A stretch of 64,000 bases of DNA from Thermoanaerobaculia bacterium. Lineage in GTDB: Bacteria; Acidobacteriota; Thermoanaerobaculia; Gp7-AA8. Positions 26,465 through 35,844 of this stretch are shown here, piece after piece (the stretch's first letter is position 1; every line of letters starts with the position of its first letter). The notes beneath the pieces are model-generated. The model searched no databases, was not told the origin of the DNA, and saw only the letters and a program-made list of their open reading frames with translations. The position numbers and the translations under genes were made by a program. Where the stretch lies: contig DATAJY010000015.1 in NCBI GenBank assembly GCA_036261885.1, positions 274,877 to 338,876 on the forward strand. The letters are read 5' to 3'.

Positions 26465-28369
26465 CTAGCGGCGTTGCAAGGTTGCGCTGAACGCTCCGTC
26501 GGCCCCCGCCACCACCCGCGCCGGTTCCGCGGTGTCGGAGTAAATCTCCACCGTCACGCCGGGGGCGGCGGTTCCGGAAACGACCGTCGCACCCGCTTCG
26601 TTCACGCGGATCTTCGTCACGCGTCCCGCGACCACGGCGGTGATGAGGTTGTCGTCGAACGTGTTCTCGACGTCGGCGACGACGCGCGTCGGCAGTGCAC
26701 GCGCGGTGCGATTGCCGCGGAACGTCGAGCTCTCGATGGCGCTTCCTTCCGCGAGCGCGGCGCCGGTTTGATTGAGCAGGAAGAGCGAGTGGCGAATGCG
26801 CGAGCCGGCGCTTTCGACGACCAGGCCGTCGCCGGAGTTGCTGATCTCGAGGAACTCCGCGTCGATGCGCGACGTGCCGCGCGCGACGATGCCGGCCTGC
26901 AGCATGCCGGTCACCAGCACGCGCCGCAGCAGCGTGGCGCCGCGGGTCTCGATGCCGGTCGCCTCGGCGCGCGCTAGAAGCGTTCCGACGACCACGTTCT
27001 CCATCGACAGCGCCGCGGCCGCGCGCACGTGCGTCGCCGCGCCGGTGAGCGTGAGCTCGCGGAGGATGAGCGAGTCGGCCGCGTCGAATCCGACCGCCGC
27101 TCCGCCGAAGTCGATGGCGACGTCGGAGCGCGTCGGATTCAGCAGCGTCGTCTGCGCCAGTCCGACGGTCGTGACCGATCCGATCGGCATCGTCGACGCG
27201 CTGCCGCTGATGGTCAGCGGCACGGTGATGCGCGGCAGCGGCGCGGTCAGTGTCACGCTCGTGCGCAACCGGATCTCGTACGCGCCGCGCGACGCATTCG
27301 CGGTTTCGATCGCGGCGCGCAGCGTTCCTTCGTCGGTGACGTCGATGAGCGCGCGCCGCACCCGCAGCGGCGCAACGGATGGGAACCCATCCAATCCCGA
27401 GGCGCTGCGCGCGCTGACGCGAACGACATAGTCGCCGGCATCGAGCGCGGGCGGTTGCCACTCGGTGGTCTCGACGCTCGCCTCCCGCGCGACGATCTCC
27501 GCGCACGACGCATCGCGACACACCTCGGCCGTGTAACGGAGCGCTCCTTCGACGGCCGACCAGCGGATCGTCGGCCGCGGCGAGGCGGCATCGACCGGCG
27601 ACAGCGCCGGCGCCACGAGGAGCCTCTCCGGTTTCGGCGGTTTCTTCCCCTCGGGGACCGCGACGCCCATGCCTTCGCCGACGTTCACCGACGCGCCGGC
27701 GCTGGCCACGCTCGCCGCGCCGCGATACGACATCACCTGCGCGGCCGTTCCCTCCTTGCGGAAACGCGCTTTCGCCGCACCGCCCACCGGTTTCGCGGTG
27801 GTGGTGCCGACGAAGATCTCGATGTCGCGCGACGCGTTCGACGGCGCCGGCTTGTTCGCCGGCTGCTCGAGGTCCGCATGTCCGTCGACGATCTCGATCT
27901 CGTTCGTGGCGCGGTTTGTCGCGGCGGTTTGCGTCCCGCGCAAAAACACGAGCGAGCGCTCGGTGAGCGTGAGCAGCGTGTTGTCTTCGAACTTCAGTTC
28001 CGCCGACGAGGCTTCGTACGTGCGAATGCCGTTGCGCTCCCCGAGTTGATCGCCGGCGCGCGCGGTGGTCCACGGTGCGGGCTCCGGTTTTTTCTCGACG
28101 CGGCGGGCCACGCGATTCACGAGCGCGGAACGCGCCGGCAGCGTGCGCGAGAGGATCACCCGCACGCGCTGCCCCGGCTTGAGCTTGTTCGGATCGGCGA
28201 TGCCGGGGTTGAGCTTCCAGTTGTCGCGCCAGTCCGCCGAGCTGCCGAGGTATTTGACGGTGATGCGGCTGAGCGTCTCGCCCGGTTGCACGACATGCCA
28301 GCCGATCGTGTCATCGGCGGCAATGCGGACGGCGGACAGCAGCAGAACCGCGAGAAGGATTCGTTTCAT
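26465..28369 (-). CDS. Secreted LysM + FecR-like + right-handed beta-helix protein
   Basis: ORF 26465..28462. Start at MKRILLAVLLLSAVRIAA. LysM HVVQPGETLSRITVKYLG. Gly/Ala/Thr-rich beta-helix repeats in the C-terminal half. Its start overlaps the stop of the kinase gene (ATGA). Confidence 0.75.
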   Translation of the reverse strand: MKRILLAVLLLSAVRIAADDTIGWHVVQPGETLSRITVKYLGSSADWRDNWKLNPGIADPNKLKPGQRVRVILSRTLPARSALVNRVARRVEKKPEPAPWTTARAGDQLGERNGIRTYEASSAELKFEDNTLLTLTERSLVFLRGTQTAATNRATNEIEIVDGHADLEQPANKPAPSNASRDIEIFVGTTTAKPVGGAAKARFRKEGTAAQVMSYRGAASVASAGASVNVGEGMGVAVPEGKKPPKPERLLVAPALSPVDAASPRPTIRWSAVEGALRYTAEVCRDASCAEIVAREASVETTEWQPPALDAGDYVVRVSARSASGLDGFPSVAPLRVRRALIDVTDEGTLRAAIETANASRGAYEIRLRTSVTLTAPLPRITVPLTISGSASTMPIGSVTTVGLAQTTLLNPTRSDVAIDFGGAAVGFDAADSLILRELTLTGAATHVRAAAALSMENVVVGTLLARAEATGIETRGATLLRRVLVTGMLQAGIVARGTSRIDAEFLEISNSGDGLVVESAGSRIRHSLFLLNQTGAALAEGSAIESSTFRGNRTARALPTRVVADVENTFDDNLITAVVAGRVTKIRVNEAGATVVSGTAAPGVTVEIYSDTAEPARVVAGADGAFSATLQRR

Positions 28370-30285
28370 CGACTCATTCGCTCCAGAGAGATCGTCGGGA
28401 TGAGCGTCGCCGAGCCGTGGCCTTTCGCCGGAATCGCGCCGGTCACGGCTTCGAGCTTCCACTCGAGATTATGTTTGCGGGTCAGAAGATCGAGTCCGTT
28501 CGCGACCTCGGCGGTCGTCGACGGACGGTCATTCGGATGTTTCTGCATGAGCGCGGTGACGAGCCGCGAGAGCGGCTCCAGCAGCTCGCGATTGCCGTCC
28601 TTCACCGCCTCCGCGAGCGGCGGCGGCGCGGTCAGGATCGCGGCGAGGATGGTTTCGCGCGCACCGTCGCGCTCGAACGGATTCTCGCCGGTGGCGCATT
28701 GATAGAGGAGCACGCCGAGGGAGAAGAGATCGCTGCGCGAGTCGCGGCCGGTCGCGGTCGCAACTTCGGGCGCGATGTAGCCGGGCGTGCCGAAGACCAT
28801 CTCCTGATCGTTCGCGACCGTCATCACCAGCGCGGCCAGACCGAAGTCCGCGACCTTGATGGCGCCGTCGTAGCCGAGCAGCACGTTCGCCGGTTTGATG
28901 TCGTGATGCTGGAAGCCGCGGATGTGCGCGGCTTCCAGCGCGCGCGCCACCGCCGCGCCGATGAGCACCACCTGCTCCGCGGACATCCGGCCGTAGATGT
29001 CGAGATACGCCTGCGCGCTCATGCCGTCGACGAGCTCCATGGCGATGAACGCGGCCTGCGGCGTGTCCTCGACGTCGAAGACCGAGATGATGTTCGGATG
29101 ATTCACGCTCGCCGCGGTGATCGCCTCGACGACGAGCGTGTCGACGAGCTCGCGCGCTTCCTCCGGCGCCACGCTCTCGAAGCGCACGGTTTTCAGCGCG
29201 ACGGGGCGGCGCAGTTTCGGATCCCAGCCGCGGAACACGGTGCCCATGCCACCCTGGCCGATGATGCCGGTGACCTGGTAGCGCCCGAGGAAGACGCGGC
29301 CGAGATCTTCCTGATCGGCGATGCGGCGCTCGATCTTCTCGGCGCTCGCGCGCAGTTGCTCGATCTCGCTGCCGTGCGGAATCGGTGTGCCGGCGAGTTT
29401 CTGCTGCGCGCGGATGACCGCGCGGATCGGCTTGACGATCGTCCGTTGCGCGGCGATGGCCACGAGCACCGCCAGCACGAGCGCGACCGCGGTGGCGATC
29501 ACCGCGCGGCGGCGCATCGTGGCGGCGATTTCGTTGGCGCGCGCGAACGGCTGCCGCGACAGCACGAACCAGTTCGTGCCGGCCACCGGTGCGAACGCGC
29601 CCATGATCTCGTTGCCGTTCGTGTCGTGGTACGCGCCGGTGCCGTTGACGCGTGCGGTGCGCGCGGCTTCGATCATCGGGCGCGGAAACGTCGCCAGCGT
29701 GCCGCGGCCGGCGAGCAGTCCGGCGGGGGAGGCGAGCACCATCTCCGCTTCGTCGCCGACTTCCGCGGGATCGAGCGCATCGTCGATGGTCGGCACTTCA
29801 CCGAGGAGGCGGAGCGTGCCGCCGCCGGCAAATGGTTCGGAGATGAGCAGCCATTGCGAGCCGCCGCTCGACCAGAGCCGCGGCTCGACGGTCAGCGGCA
29901 GCGCGCCGGCGCGGTCGGTGATGCCGCTGCGCTGCGCGCGAATGACCACTTCGTTGCTCGGCGTGACGATGTCGATCATCCCGATCGACGGATCGGAGCC
30001 GAGGATCTCGTAGAGCAGATTCTTCGCGACGTCGGAATGCGGATCGCTGGTGATCGACGCGTTCAGCGCGAGGGAGCGGGCGAACGAACGCCGCGCTTCG
30101 ACGGTGGTGGCGATGCGCTCCGCCGCCGTCGACGCCGCCACCGCGTGCGTGCGCAGCACCTGCTCGTGCATCCCCGCGCGATTGACGTCGAAGAGCGACC
30201 ACACCGCATAGCCGAGCGGGAGCACCGCCACGAGCGCAAGCGCCAGTGAGACACGAACGATGAGCGGCAAGGGACGGCGGAGCAT
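28366..30285 (-). CDS. Eukaryotic-like Ser/Thr protein kinase with N-terminal extracytoplasmic sensor domain and single TM
   Basis: 639 aa. Signal/TM, a ~230-aa periplasmic Cache-like domain, a second TM (AVIATAVALVLAVLVAIAA), then a Hanks kinase (GGMGTVFRG...VALK, HHDIKPANVLL, DFGLA, GTPGYIAPE). Confidence 0.9.
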   Translation of the reverse strand: MLRRPLPLIVRVSLALALVAVLPLGYAVWSLFDVNRAGMHEQVLRTHAVAASTAAERIATTVEARRSFARSLALNASITSDPHSDVAKNLLYEILGSDPSIGMIDIVTPSNEVVIRAQRSGITDRAGALPLTVEPRLWSSGGSQWLLISEPFAGGGTLRLLGEVPTIDDALDPAEVGDEAEMVLASPAGLLAGRGTLATFPRPMIEAARTARVNGTGAYHDTNGNEIMGAFAPVAGTNWFVLSRQPFARANEIAATMRRRAVIATAVALVLAVLVAIAAQRTIVKPIRAVIRAQQKLAGTPIPHGSEIEQLRASAEKIERRIADQEDLGRVFLGRYQVTGIIGQGGMGTVFRGWDPKLRRPVALKTVRFESVAPEEARELVDTLVVEAITAASVNHPNIISVFDVEDTPQAAFIAMELVDGMSAQAYLDIYGRMSAEQVVLIGAAVARALEAAHIRGFQHHDIKPANVLLGYDGAIKVADFGLAALVMTVANDQEMVFGTPGYIAPEVATATGRDSRSDLFSLGVLLYQCATGENPFERDGARETILAAILTAPPPLAEAVKDGNRELLEPLSRLVTALMQKHPNDRPSTTAEVANGLDLLTRKHNLEWKLEAVTGAIPAKGHGSATLIPTISLERMSR

Positions 30286-30302
30286 GGACGCGGGGAGGGA
30301 TT

Positions 30303-31472
30303 ATGAACGCGGCGCGCTCCTGCCGAAAGGGACGAACGCCCCGATCGACGGGACCATCCTCCTTGCGCCGTGCGAAGGTCATTGACGACACTCCCATCGT
30401 GCCGGAGCGTTTGCGCCGCAGTCTCGTGCTGGCCACGACCATCGTCGTGGCGTGGGCGTTTTTCGGTTCGTTTTTCGCGACGCAGGACATTCTCTTCGCG
30501 CAATTGCGGGGGCGCGGACAGTTCGATCTCGGAGAAGTCGCGCTGGCCAACGCGATCTCGATCGTGTTGTGGATGCTGGTCACGCCGCTGATGCTCTTCG
30601 TGCTGGAGCGCATTCCGCTGCGACGTTCGCGGTGGATCGTGGCCACGCTCTCGATCGTCGGGCTGCTGTTCGGAAGTGCTCTGCTGCGCTGCCTGGTCGA
30701 CGTCGCGTTCCTGTACTTCTGCGAACGGAAACTGTCGCAGGAGGAGATCGTCAGCGCGATCCTGCTGCGGTTCCACAGCAATATGATCCTCGGCGCATTC
30801 GTGCTGCTGGCGGGCGTTTTGTTCGATTTTTTTCGAACGATGCGCGAGAAGGATCGCCGCGCGCTCACGCTGGAGACGCAGCTCGCCCGCGCACAGCTCG
30901 AACAGTTGCGCGGACAACTGCAGCCGCACTTTCTCTTCAACGCGATCAACGGCATCGCCGCGCTCGTGCACACCGATCCCGATCGCGCCGACGAGATGCT
31001 GATGGAGCTCGCCGCGCTGTTGCGATCGACGCTCGACCTCGGCCGTGCCGACACGATTCCGCTGCATCGCGAGCTCGAGCTCGTCGATCACTATCTGCGC
31101 ATCCAGACCATGCGCTTTCACGACCGGCTGCGGGTCACGCGCACGGTCGACGCCTCGGCGCTCGGCTGCGAGGTGCCGGCGCTGCTCCTGCAGCCGCTGC
31201 TCGAGAATTCATTGCGCCACGTCGTCGCCCGGCGTGCCGAAGGAGGGACTGTCGAGTTGCGCGTGAAGCGTGAGGAAGGGCGCCTGCTGCTGCGCGTCGT
31301 CGACGACGGACCGGGCTTCGATCCGGCCACGACGAAGCTCGGGGTCGGCATCACGAACACGCTGGCGCGCCTGGAACAGCTCTATCGCGGCGCGGCCGCG
31401 GCGACGTTCGAGAAAACGGTCGAAGGGTTCGTCGTGGCCATCGATCTTCCGGCGAAGGAGTGCAGCGCATGA
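30303..31472 (+). CDS. LytS-type sensor histidine kinase (short sensor)
   Basis: 389 aa. Four to five TM helices. PHFLFNAINGIAALV H-box. LLQPLLENSLRHVV N-box. The true start may be downstream of 30303. Confidence 0.8.
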   Translation: MNAARSCRKGRTPRSTGPSSLRRAKVIDDTPIVPERLRRSLVLATTIVVAWAFFGSFFATQDILFAQLRGRGQFDLGEVALANAISIVLWMLVTPLMLFVLERIPLRRSRWIVATLSIVGLLFGSALLRCLVDVAFLYFCERKLSQEEIVSAILLRFHSNMILGAFVLLAGVLFDFFRTMREKDRRALTLETQLARAQLEQLRGQLQPHFLFNAINGIAALVHTDPDRADEMLMELAALLRSTLDLGRADTIPLHRELELVDHYLRIQTMRFHDRLRVTRTVDASALGCEVPALLLQPLLENSLRHVVARRAEGGTVELRVKREEGRLLLRVVDDGPGFDPATTKLGVGITNTLARLEQLYRGAAAATFEKTVEGFVVAIDLPAKECSA

Positions 31473-32188
31473 TCCGCACGGTGGTCATCGACGATGAGCC
31501 GCTCGCACGCGAGCGCGTCCGGCAACTGCTCGCGAAACATGAAGACATTCAGGTGATCGGCGAGGCGGGTGACGGCGTTTCCGCGCGCACGCTGATCGCC
31601 GATGCCGGTCCCGATCTCGCGCTGCTCGACATCCAGATGCCGGCCATGAACGGGATGGACGTGCTGCAGTCGCTGCCGGAAGAGCGACGGCCGATCGTGG
31701 TCTTTCTCACGGCGTACGACGAATACGCGATCGAGGCCTTCGAGGCGGCCGCGCTCGACTACGTGCTCAAGCCGGTCGATCCGAAACGCCTCGCCCGCGC
31801 CCTCGATCGCGTGCGCCGGCAACTCGACCGCGGTGAGCCGAACGCCGCCGCGCCCGACCGCTTCCTCGTGCGCAAGAGCCGCGGCCGCCGCGTGATCGTG
31901 AAAGCGGAAGAGATCGAATGGATCGGCGCGGAGCGCAACTACGTCAGCCTCCACACCGCGGCCGCCTCGCACCTGATGCGCGAAGCGATCGGCCGCCTCG
32001 AAGAACAACTCGACCCCAAACGCTTCGCCCGCATCCACCGCTCCTCGATCGTCAACGTCGAGATGGTCCGCGAGCTCGCCACCGACGCCGACGGCAGCCT
32101 CTTCGTCACCATGCGCAGCGGCATCAAACTCCCCGTCGGAGAGAGTTATCGCGATGCGTTTGAAGCACGATTGGGAAAGGCGCTGTGA
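31460..32188 (+). CDS. LytTR-family response regulator
   Basis: 242 aa. VVIDDEPLARE. LLDIQMPAMNGMDV. C-terminal LytTR domain. Its start overlaps the stop of the kinase gene. Confidence 0.85.
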   Translation: MQRMIRTVVIDDEPLARERVRQLLAKHEDIQVIGEAGDGVSARTLIADAGPDLALLDIQMPAMNGMDVLQSLPEERRPIVVFLTAYDEYAIEAFEAAALDYVLKPVDPKRLARALDRVRRQLDRGEPNAAAPDRFLVRKSRGRRVIVKAEEIEWIGAERNYVSLHTAAASHLMREAIGRLEEQLDPKRFARIHRSSIVNVEMVRELATDADGSLFVTMRSGIKLPVGESYRDAFEARLGKAL

Positions 32189-32346
32189 CCGGATTGAGGA
32201 TTATCGGGATTGAGGATTATCGGGATTGAGGATTGAGGATTGAGAATTGAAATCAAGCCTCGCGATTGCGACGGTCGTCGCGCAATCTTGCCAGTGCGTG
32301 ATTTCAATTTTCAATTTTCAATTCCGCCAATCAAGAATCCTCAATC
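32189..32346. repeat. Nested palindromic intergenic repeat (GATTGAGGAT family), copy 1
   Basis: Direct repeats ggattgaggattatcgg x2 and gattgagga x2. ttcaatt x3. Central palindrome gcgattgcgacggtcgtcgcgcaatc. Terminal aatcctcaatc (32336-32346) inverts the 5' gattgaggatt. Confidence 0.7.
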
Positions 32347-33075
32347 ATGGCCCGTTCTTCACCGACCGGATTTCTCGATCGTGCGCTCGTCCTCGGCGGG
32401 CGCACCTATCCCTACGTCGTCTACGTGCCGCGCCATTACGACCCGCGTCGCGCGTGGCCGGTGATCCTCTTTCTGCACGGCGCGGGCGAACGCGGCGATG
32501 ACGGCCTGCGCGCCACCGCCATCGGGCTCGGCAACGCCGTGCGCTTCGCCCCCGGCCGCGTTCCGGCGATCGTCGTCTTTCCGCAGGTGCCGCTCGAACA
32601 GCGGTGGCTCGGCGAGCCGGCCGACGTCGCGATGCTCACGCTCGATCGCACGCTCTCCGAGTTCCACACCGATCCGAAACGCGTCTATCTCACCGGTCTC
32701 TCGATGGGCGGCTACGGCACGTGGCACCTCGGGCTCGCTCATCCCGATCGCTTCGCCGCACTCGCTGTCGTCTGCGGCGGAATCACGACGTACGAGAACA
32801 CGTCGCTGCGCCAGTCGCCGCTCATCCCGAGCGGGAGCGATCCCTTCGCCTTCATCGCCGAGGCTTTGAACGCGAAACCGATCTGGATCTTTGATGGCGC
32901 CGACGATCGCGCCGTGCCGGTAAGTGAATCGCGACGGATGTACGACGCGCTGCGCAACGCGCACGCGAGCGATGTGCATTACGACGAGTTTCCGAACGTC
33001 GGCCACAACGCGTGGGATCCGGCGTACGCAATGGCGGAGTTGTGGACGTGGATGTTCGGCAAATCGCTGCCGTGA
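32347..33075 (+). CDS. Alpha/beta-hydrolase esterase (phospholipase/carboxylesterase-PHB depolymerase-like)
   Basis: 242 aa. GxSxG nucleophile elbow LTGLSMGGYGTW. ILFLHGAGERGDDG. Catalytic Asp/His-like positions in the C-terminal part. Confidence 0.8.
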   Translation: MARSSPTGFLDRALVLGGRTYPYVVYVPRHYDPRRAWPVILFLHGAGERGDDGLRATAIGLGNAVRFAPGRVPAIVVFPQVPLEQRWLGEPADVAMLTLDRTLSEFHTDPKRVYLTGLSMGGYGTWHLGLAHPDRFAALAVVCGGITTYENTSLRQSPLIPSGSDPFAFIAEALNAKPIWIFDGADDRAVPVSESRRMYDALRNAHASDVHYDEFPNVGHNAWDPAYAMAELWTWMFGKSLP

Positions 33076-33125
33076 CGATTCCGGGGTGGAGGTGCCGAAA
33101 GACGGCACCTCCACCGGTTGAATTC

Positions 33126-34190
33126 TCATCGTGCAGCCGGAGGGGCGGGATGCAGTTTCGCCCGCGCCGCTTGCAGCGCCACCTCCAGCGCGTCCGCCTT
33201 CGACGCCCTGAGGTCGGGAATCACGCCGACTTTCTGCCAGCCTCCCTTCGTGATCGGGTGCTGCGGCTTGCCGACCGAGATCGCGAGGTGCATGCCCCGG
33301 CCGATCGGCACCATCTGCACCGCGTAGCCGCCGCCTTTCGTCGTCTCGCCGACGATCGTGGCGCGGCCGAATTTCTGCGATGAGTATGCGAAGAACTCCG
33401 CGGCGCTGAACGTCACGTCGTTGCTCGTGAGGATGTACAGCGGCACGTCGGGACGGCGTTTCGATTGCGGCACCGCTTCGTCGGTGACCGAATCGATGTC
33501 GATGTCGGCAAAACGAAAATGTGCGCGCCCGAGCTGCTTGCGCGGCTCGGCGTAGAAGTAACTCAGCACATGCGTGGCCATCGCCTCGACGCCGCCGGGT
33601 GCGTTGCGCAGATCGATGATCACGGCGTCGGTGTTGGCGATCATCGTCATCGCCGCATCGGCCGCGGCCAGCGCCTCGGGCAGCGGCGGCGCGAAGCGAT
33701 CGATGCGCACGAGGCCGACGTTCCCTTCGAGCACGCGCGCTTCCGTGAAACCGTAGTTCGTTTTGCGATAGAGATCGGCCGTGGCCATCACCGACGCGCC
33801 GATGCGCACCGGTCCGGAGCCCATCGCGCTCGGGCTGCGCATCATCTCGCGCAGTTGTTCGATGTTTCGATCCGCCTCGGCGCGTGTCGGCACCGGCATC
33901 GCCAGATCGTCTTTCCTCACGCGCGTGTAGAGATGTCCGTCGCCGGTCTGTTCCTGCAGATCGGCGGTCAGCTTCTTCGCGAACGCCTCCGGCGTGAGGT
34001 TGTCGTACGCGTCGGTGAGGATGCGGCGCTTCGTTTCCGCGGCCAGTTTCGGCGCGGTCTCTTCTTCGATGTACATGACGTCGAGGTAATGCGCGACCGC
34101 GTTCGCGACCTGGACGCGCGTGGCGCGATCGATCGTTTCCTGCGCGCGCAGCGAGAAACAACAGAGCATGATGAGGATCAGCTTCTTCAT
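33126..34190 (-). CDS. Peptidase S41 family (tail-specific/C-terminal processing protease-like), secreted
   Basis: 354 aa. Signal peptide MKKLILIMLCCFSLRAQE. S41 catalytic Ser motif ILTSNDVTFSAAEFFA. Downstream conserved Lys region (TKGGGY). Confidence 0.8.
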   Translation of the reverse strand: MKKLILIMLCCFSLRAQETIDRATRVQVANAVAHYLDVMYIEEETAPKLAAETKRRILTDAYDNLTPEAFAKKLTADLQEQTGDGHLYTRVRKDDLAMPVPTRAEADRNIEQLREMMRSPSAMGSGPVRIGASVMATADLYRKTNYGFTEARVLEGNVGLVRIDRFAPPLPEALAAADAAMTMIANTDAVIIDLRNAPGGVEAMATHVLSYFYAEPRKQLGRAHFRFADIDIDSVTDEAVPQSKRRPDVPLYILTSNDVTFSAAEFFAYSSQKFGRATIVGETTKGGGYAVQMVPIGRGMHLAISVGKPQHPITKGGWQKVGVIPDLRASKADALEVALQAARAKLHPAPPAAR

Positions 34191-34332
34191 GCACGGATGA
34201 ACGGAGCGGACCGCGCCGGGTTCCGAACGCTTGCGGTGACGATCGGAAGCGATCGGGCAACAAGTGGCCGGAACTTCATCAGTTCTTCATGAATGCGATG
34301 CGCGTCGCCGTTCCGCGTACCATCCTCGCCAC

Positions 34333-35832
34333 ATGAAGCGCTGGGTGCTTGCGGCCACCATCCTCGGTTCCTCGATGGCGTTCATCGATTCCACGGTCGT
34401 GAACGTCGCTCTTCCGGTGATGCAGCGCGAGCTGCGGGCGTCCGTTGCCGATGCCCAGTGGATCGCCGATGCGTATCTGCTCGTGCTTTCGGCGTTGATT
34501 CTCGCGGGCGGCTCGCTCGGAGACCGGCTCGGGCGCGTGCGGATGTTCGCGATCGGCGTCGTGCTCTTCGCCTCCGCATCGATCTGGTGCGGTGCCTCGC
34601 CGTCGTCGATGCAACTGATCATCGCGCGGGCCGTGCAGGGGGCGGGGGCGGCGTTGCTCGTGCCGGCCAGTCTGGCCATCATCAGCGCGACGTTCTCGAA
34701 GGAAGAACGCGGACGCGCGATCGGCACCTGGTCCGCGCTCACCTCGCTCTCCGTGCTCGCCGGTCCGCTCCTCGGCGGCGTGCTCGTGCAGACCATCTCC
34801 TGGCGCGCGGTCTTTCTGATCAACGCCCCGATCGCGCTGCTCGTGCTCTGGATTCTCTGGCGCCACATGCGCGGCACCGACGATGCGCACGACGGCGCGA
34901 TCGACTGGCTCGGCACGTTCCTCGTCACCGTGGCTCTCGGTGGCGTCACCTTCGCCTTCATCGAAGCGCCCGCGCGTGGCTGGTCTTCGTCGACCGTCTA
35001 CGGCGCGCTGGCCATCGGCATCGTGGCGATGATCGCGTTCGTGTTCGTCGAGCGCCATGCCGCCGAGCCGATCGTGCCGTTTTCGCTCTTCCGCTCGCGC
35101 GCGTTCAGCGGCGCGAACGCGCTCACGCTGCTGCTGTACGGCGGCCTCAGCGCGGCCACGTTTCTTCTTCCGTTCAATCTCATTCAGGTGCAGGGCTACA
35201 CGCCGGCGCAGGCCGGCGCCGCGTTCCTGCCGTTCGTCGGAACGATGTCGCTGCTCTCGCGCTGGAGCGGCGCGCTCGCGGACCGGATCGGTCCCCGTCT
35301 CCTGCTGACCGTCGGCCCGCTGATCACCGGCACCGGTTTCGCGCTGCTCGCCCTTCCGTCGATCGGGGGCAGTTACTGGACGACGTTTTTTCCCGGCATC
35401 CTCGTCCTCGGCATCGGCATGTCCGTCACCGTCGCGCCTCTCACGACGACGGTGATGACGTCGATCGACGACGAGAGCCGGGTCGGCGCCGCATCGGGGA
35501 TCAACAACGCGGTGGCGCGTGCCGCCGGGTTGCTGGCCATTGCGATCCTCGGTGCGCTCGCGGTGGCGATCTTTTCGCAGGAGCTCGACGTCCGGCTCGC
35601 CGATCAGCCGCAGTTCGTGCGCGAGGCGATGGCCGCTCAGGCCCTGCGGCTGGCCGAGGCCGCGCCTCCTCCGACCGCGAACGAAGCGGTGGTGAAAGAT
35701 GCCGTGCGTCACTCCTTCGTGCGTGCCTTCCGGGTCGTCGTCGTCATCGCGGCCGGACTGGCGATGCTTTCGGCCATCGGCGGATTTCTTTCGGTGAGTC
35801 GGAAACGTTTTCGTAACCCGCGCGTATCCTGA
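34333..35832 (+). CDS. MFS transporter, DHA2 (EmrB/QacA-like, 14-TMS) family
   Basis: ORF 34264..35832. Start at MKRWVLAATILGSSMAFIDSTVVNVALP (canonical DHA2 N-terminus). About 14 hydrophobic segments. Confidence 0.9.
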   Translation: MKRWVLAATILGSSMAFIDSTVVNVALPVMQRELRASVADAQWIADAYLLVLSALILAGGSLGDRLGRVRMFAIGVVLFASASIWCGASPSSMQLIIARAVQGAGAALLVPASLAIISATFSKEERGRAIGTWSALTSLSVLAGPLLGGVLVQTISWRAVFLINAPIALLVLWILWRHMRGTDDAHDGAIDWLGTFLVTVALGGVTFAFIEAPARGWSSSTVYGALAIGIVAMIAFVFVERHAAEPIVPFSLFRSRAFSGANALTLLLYGGLSAATFLLPFNLIQVQGYTPAQAGAAFLPFVGTMSLLSRWSGALADRIGPRLLLTVGPLITGTGFALLALPSIGGSYWTTFFPGILVLGIGMSVTVAPLTTTVMTSIDDESRVGAASGINNAVARAAGLLAIAILGALAVAIFSQELDVRLADQPQFVREAMAAQALRLAEAAPPPTANEAVVKDAVRHSFVRAFRVVVVIAAGLAMLSAIGGFLSVSRKRFRNPRVS

Positions 35833-35844
35833 CTCGGAGTACGT

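Noticed and set aside
26376-28702. ORFs 26376..28073(-) 565 aa and 27029..28702(+) 557 aa
   Set aside because: Arg/Gly-rich alternate-frame or antisense shadows of the LysM/beta-helix gene.
32189-32346. Possible CRISPR array from the short direct repeats
   Set aside because: Repeats are only 7-16 bp and irregularly spaced, with no ~30-bp spacers. They are arranged as nested palindromes. No cas genes are nearby.
32359-34263. 634-aa minus-strand ORF
   Set aside because: Arg-rich shadow overlapping the esterase (+) and S41 peptidase (- in another frame), both of which have clear catalytic motifs.
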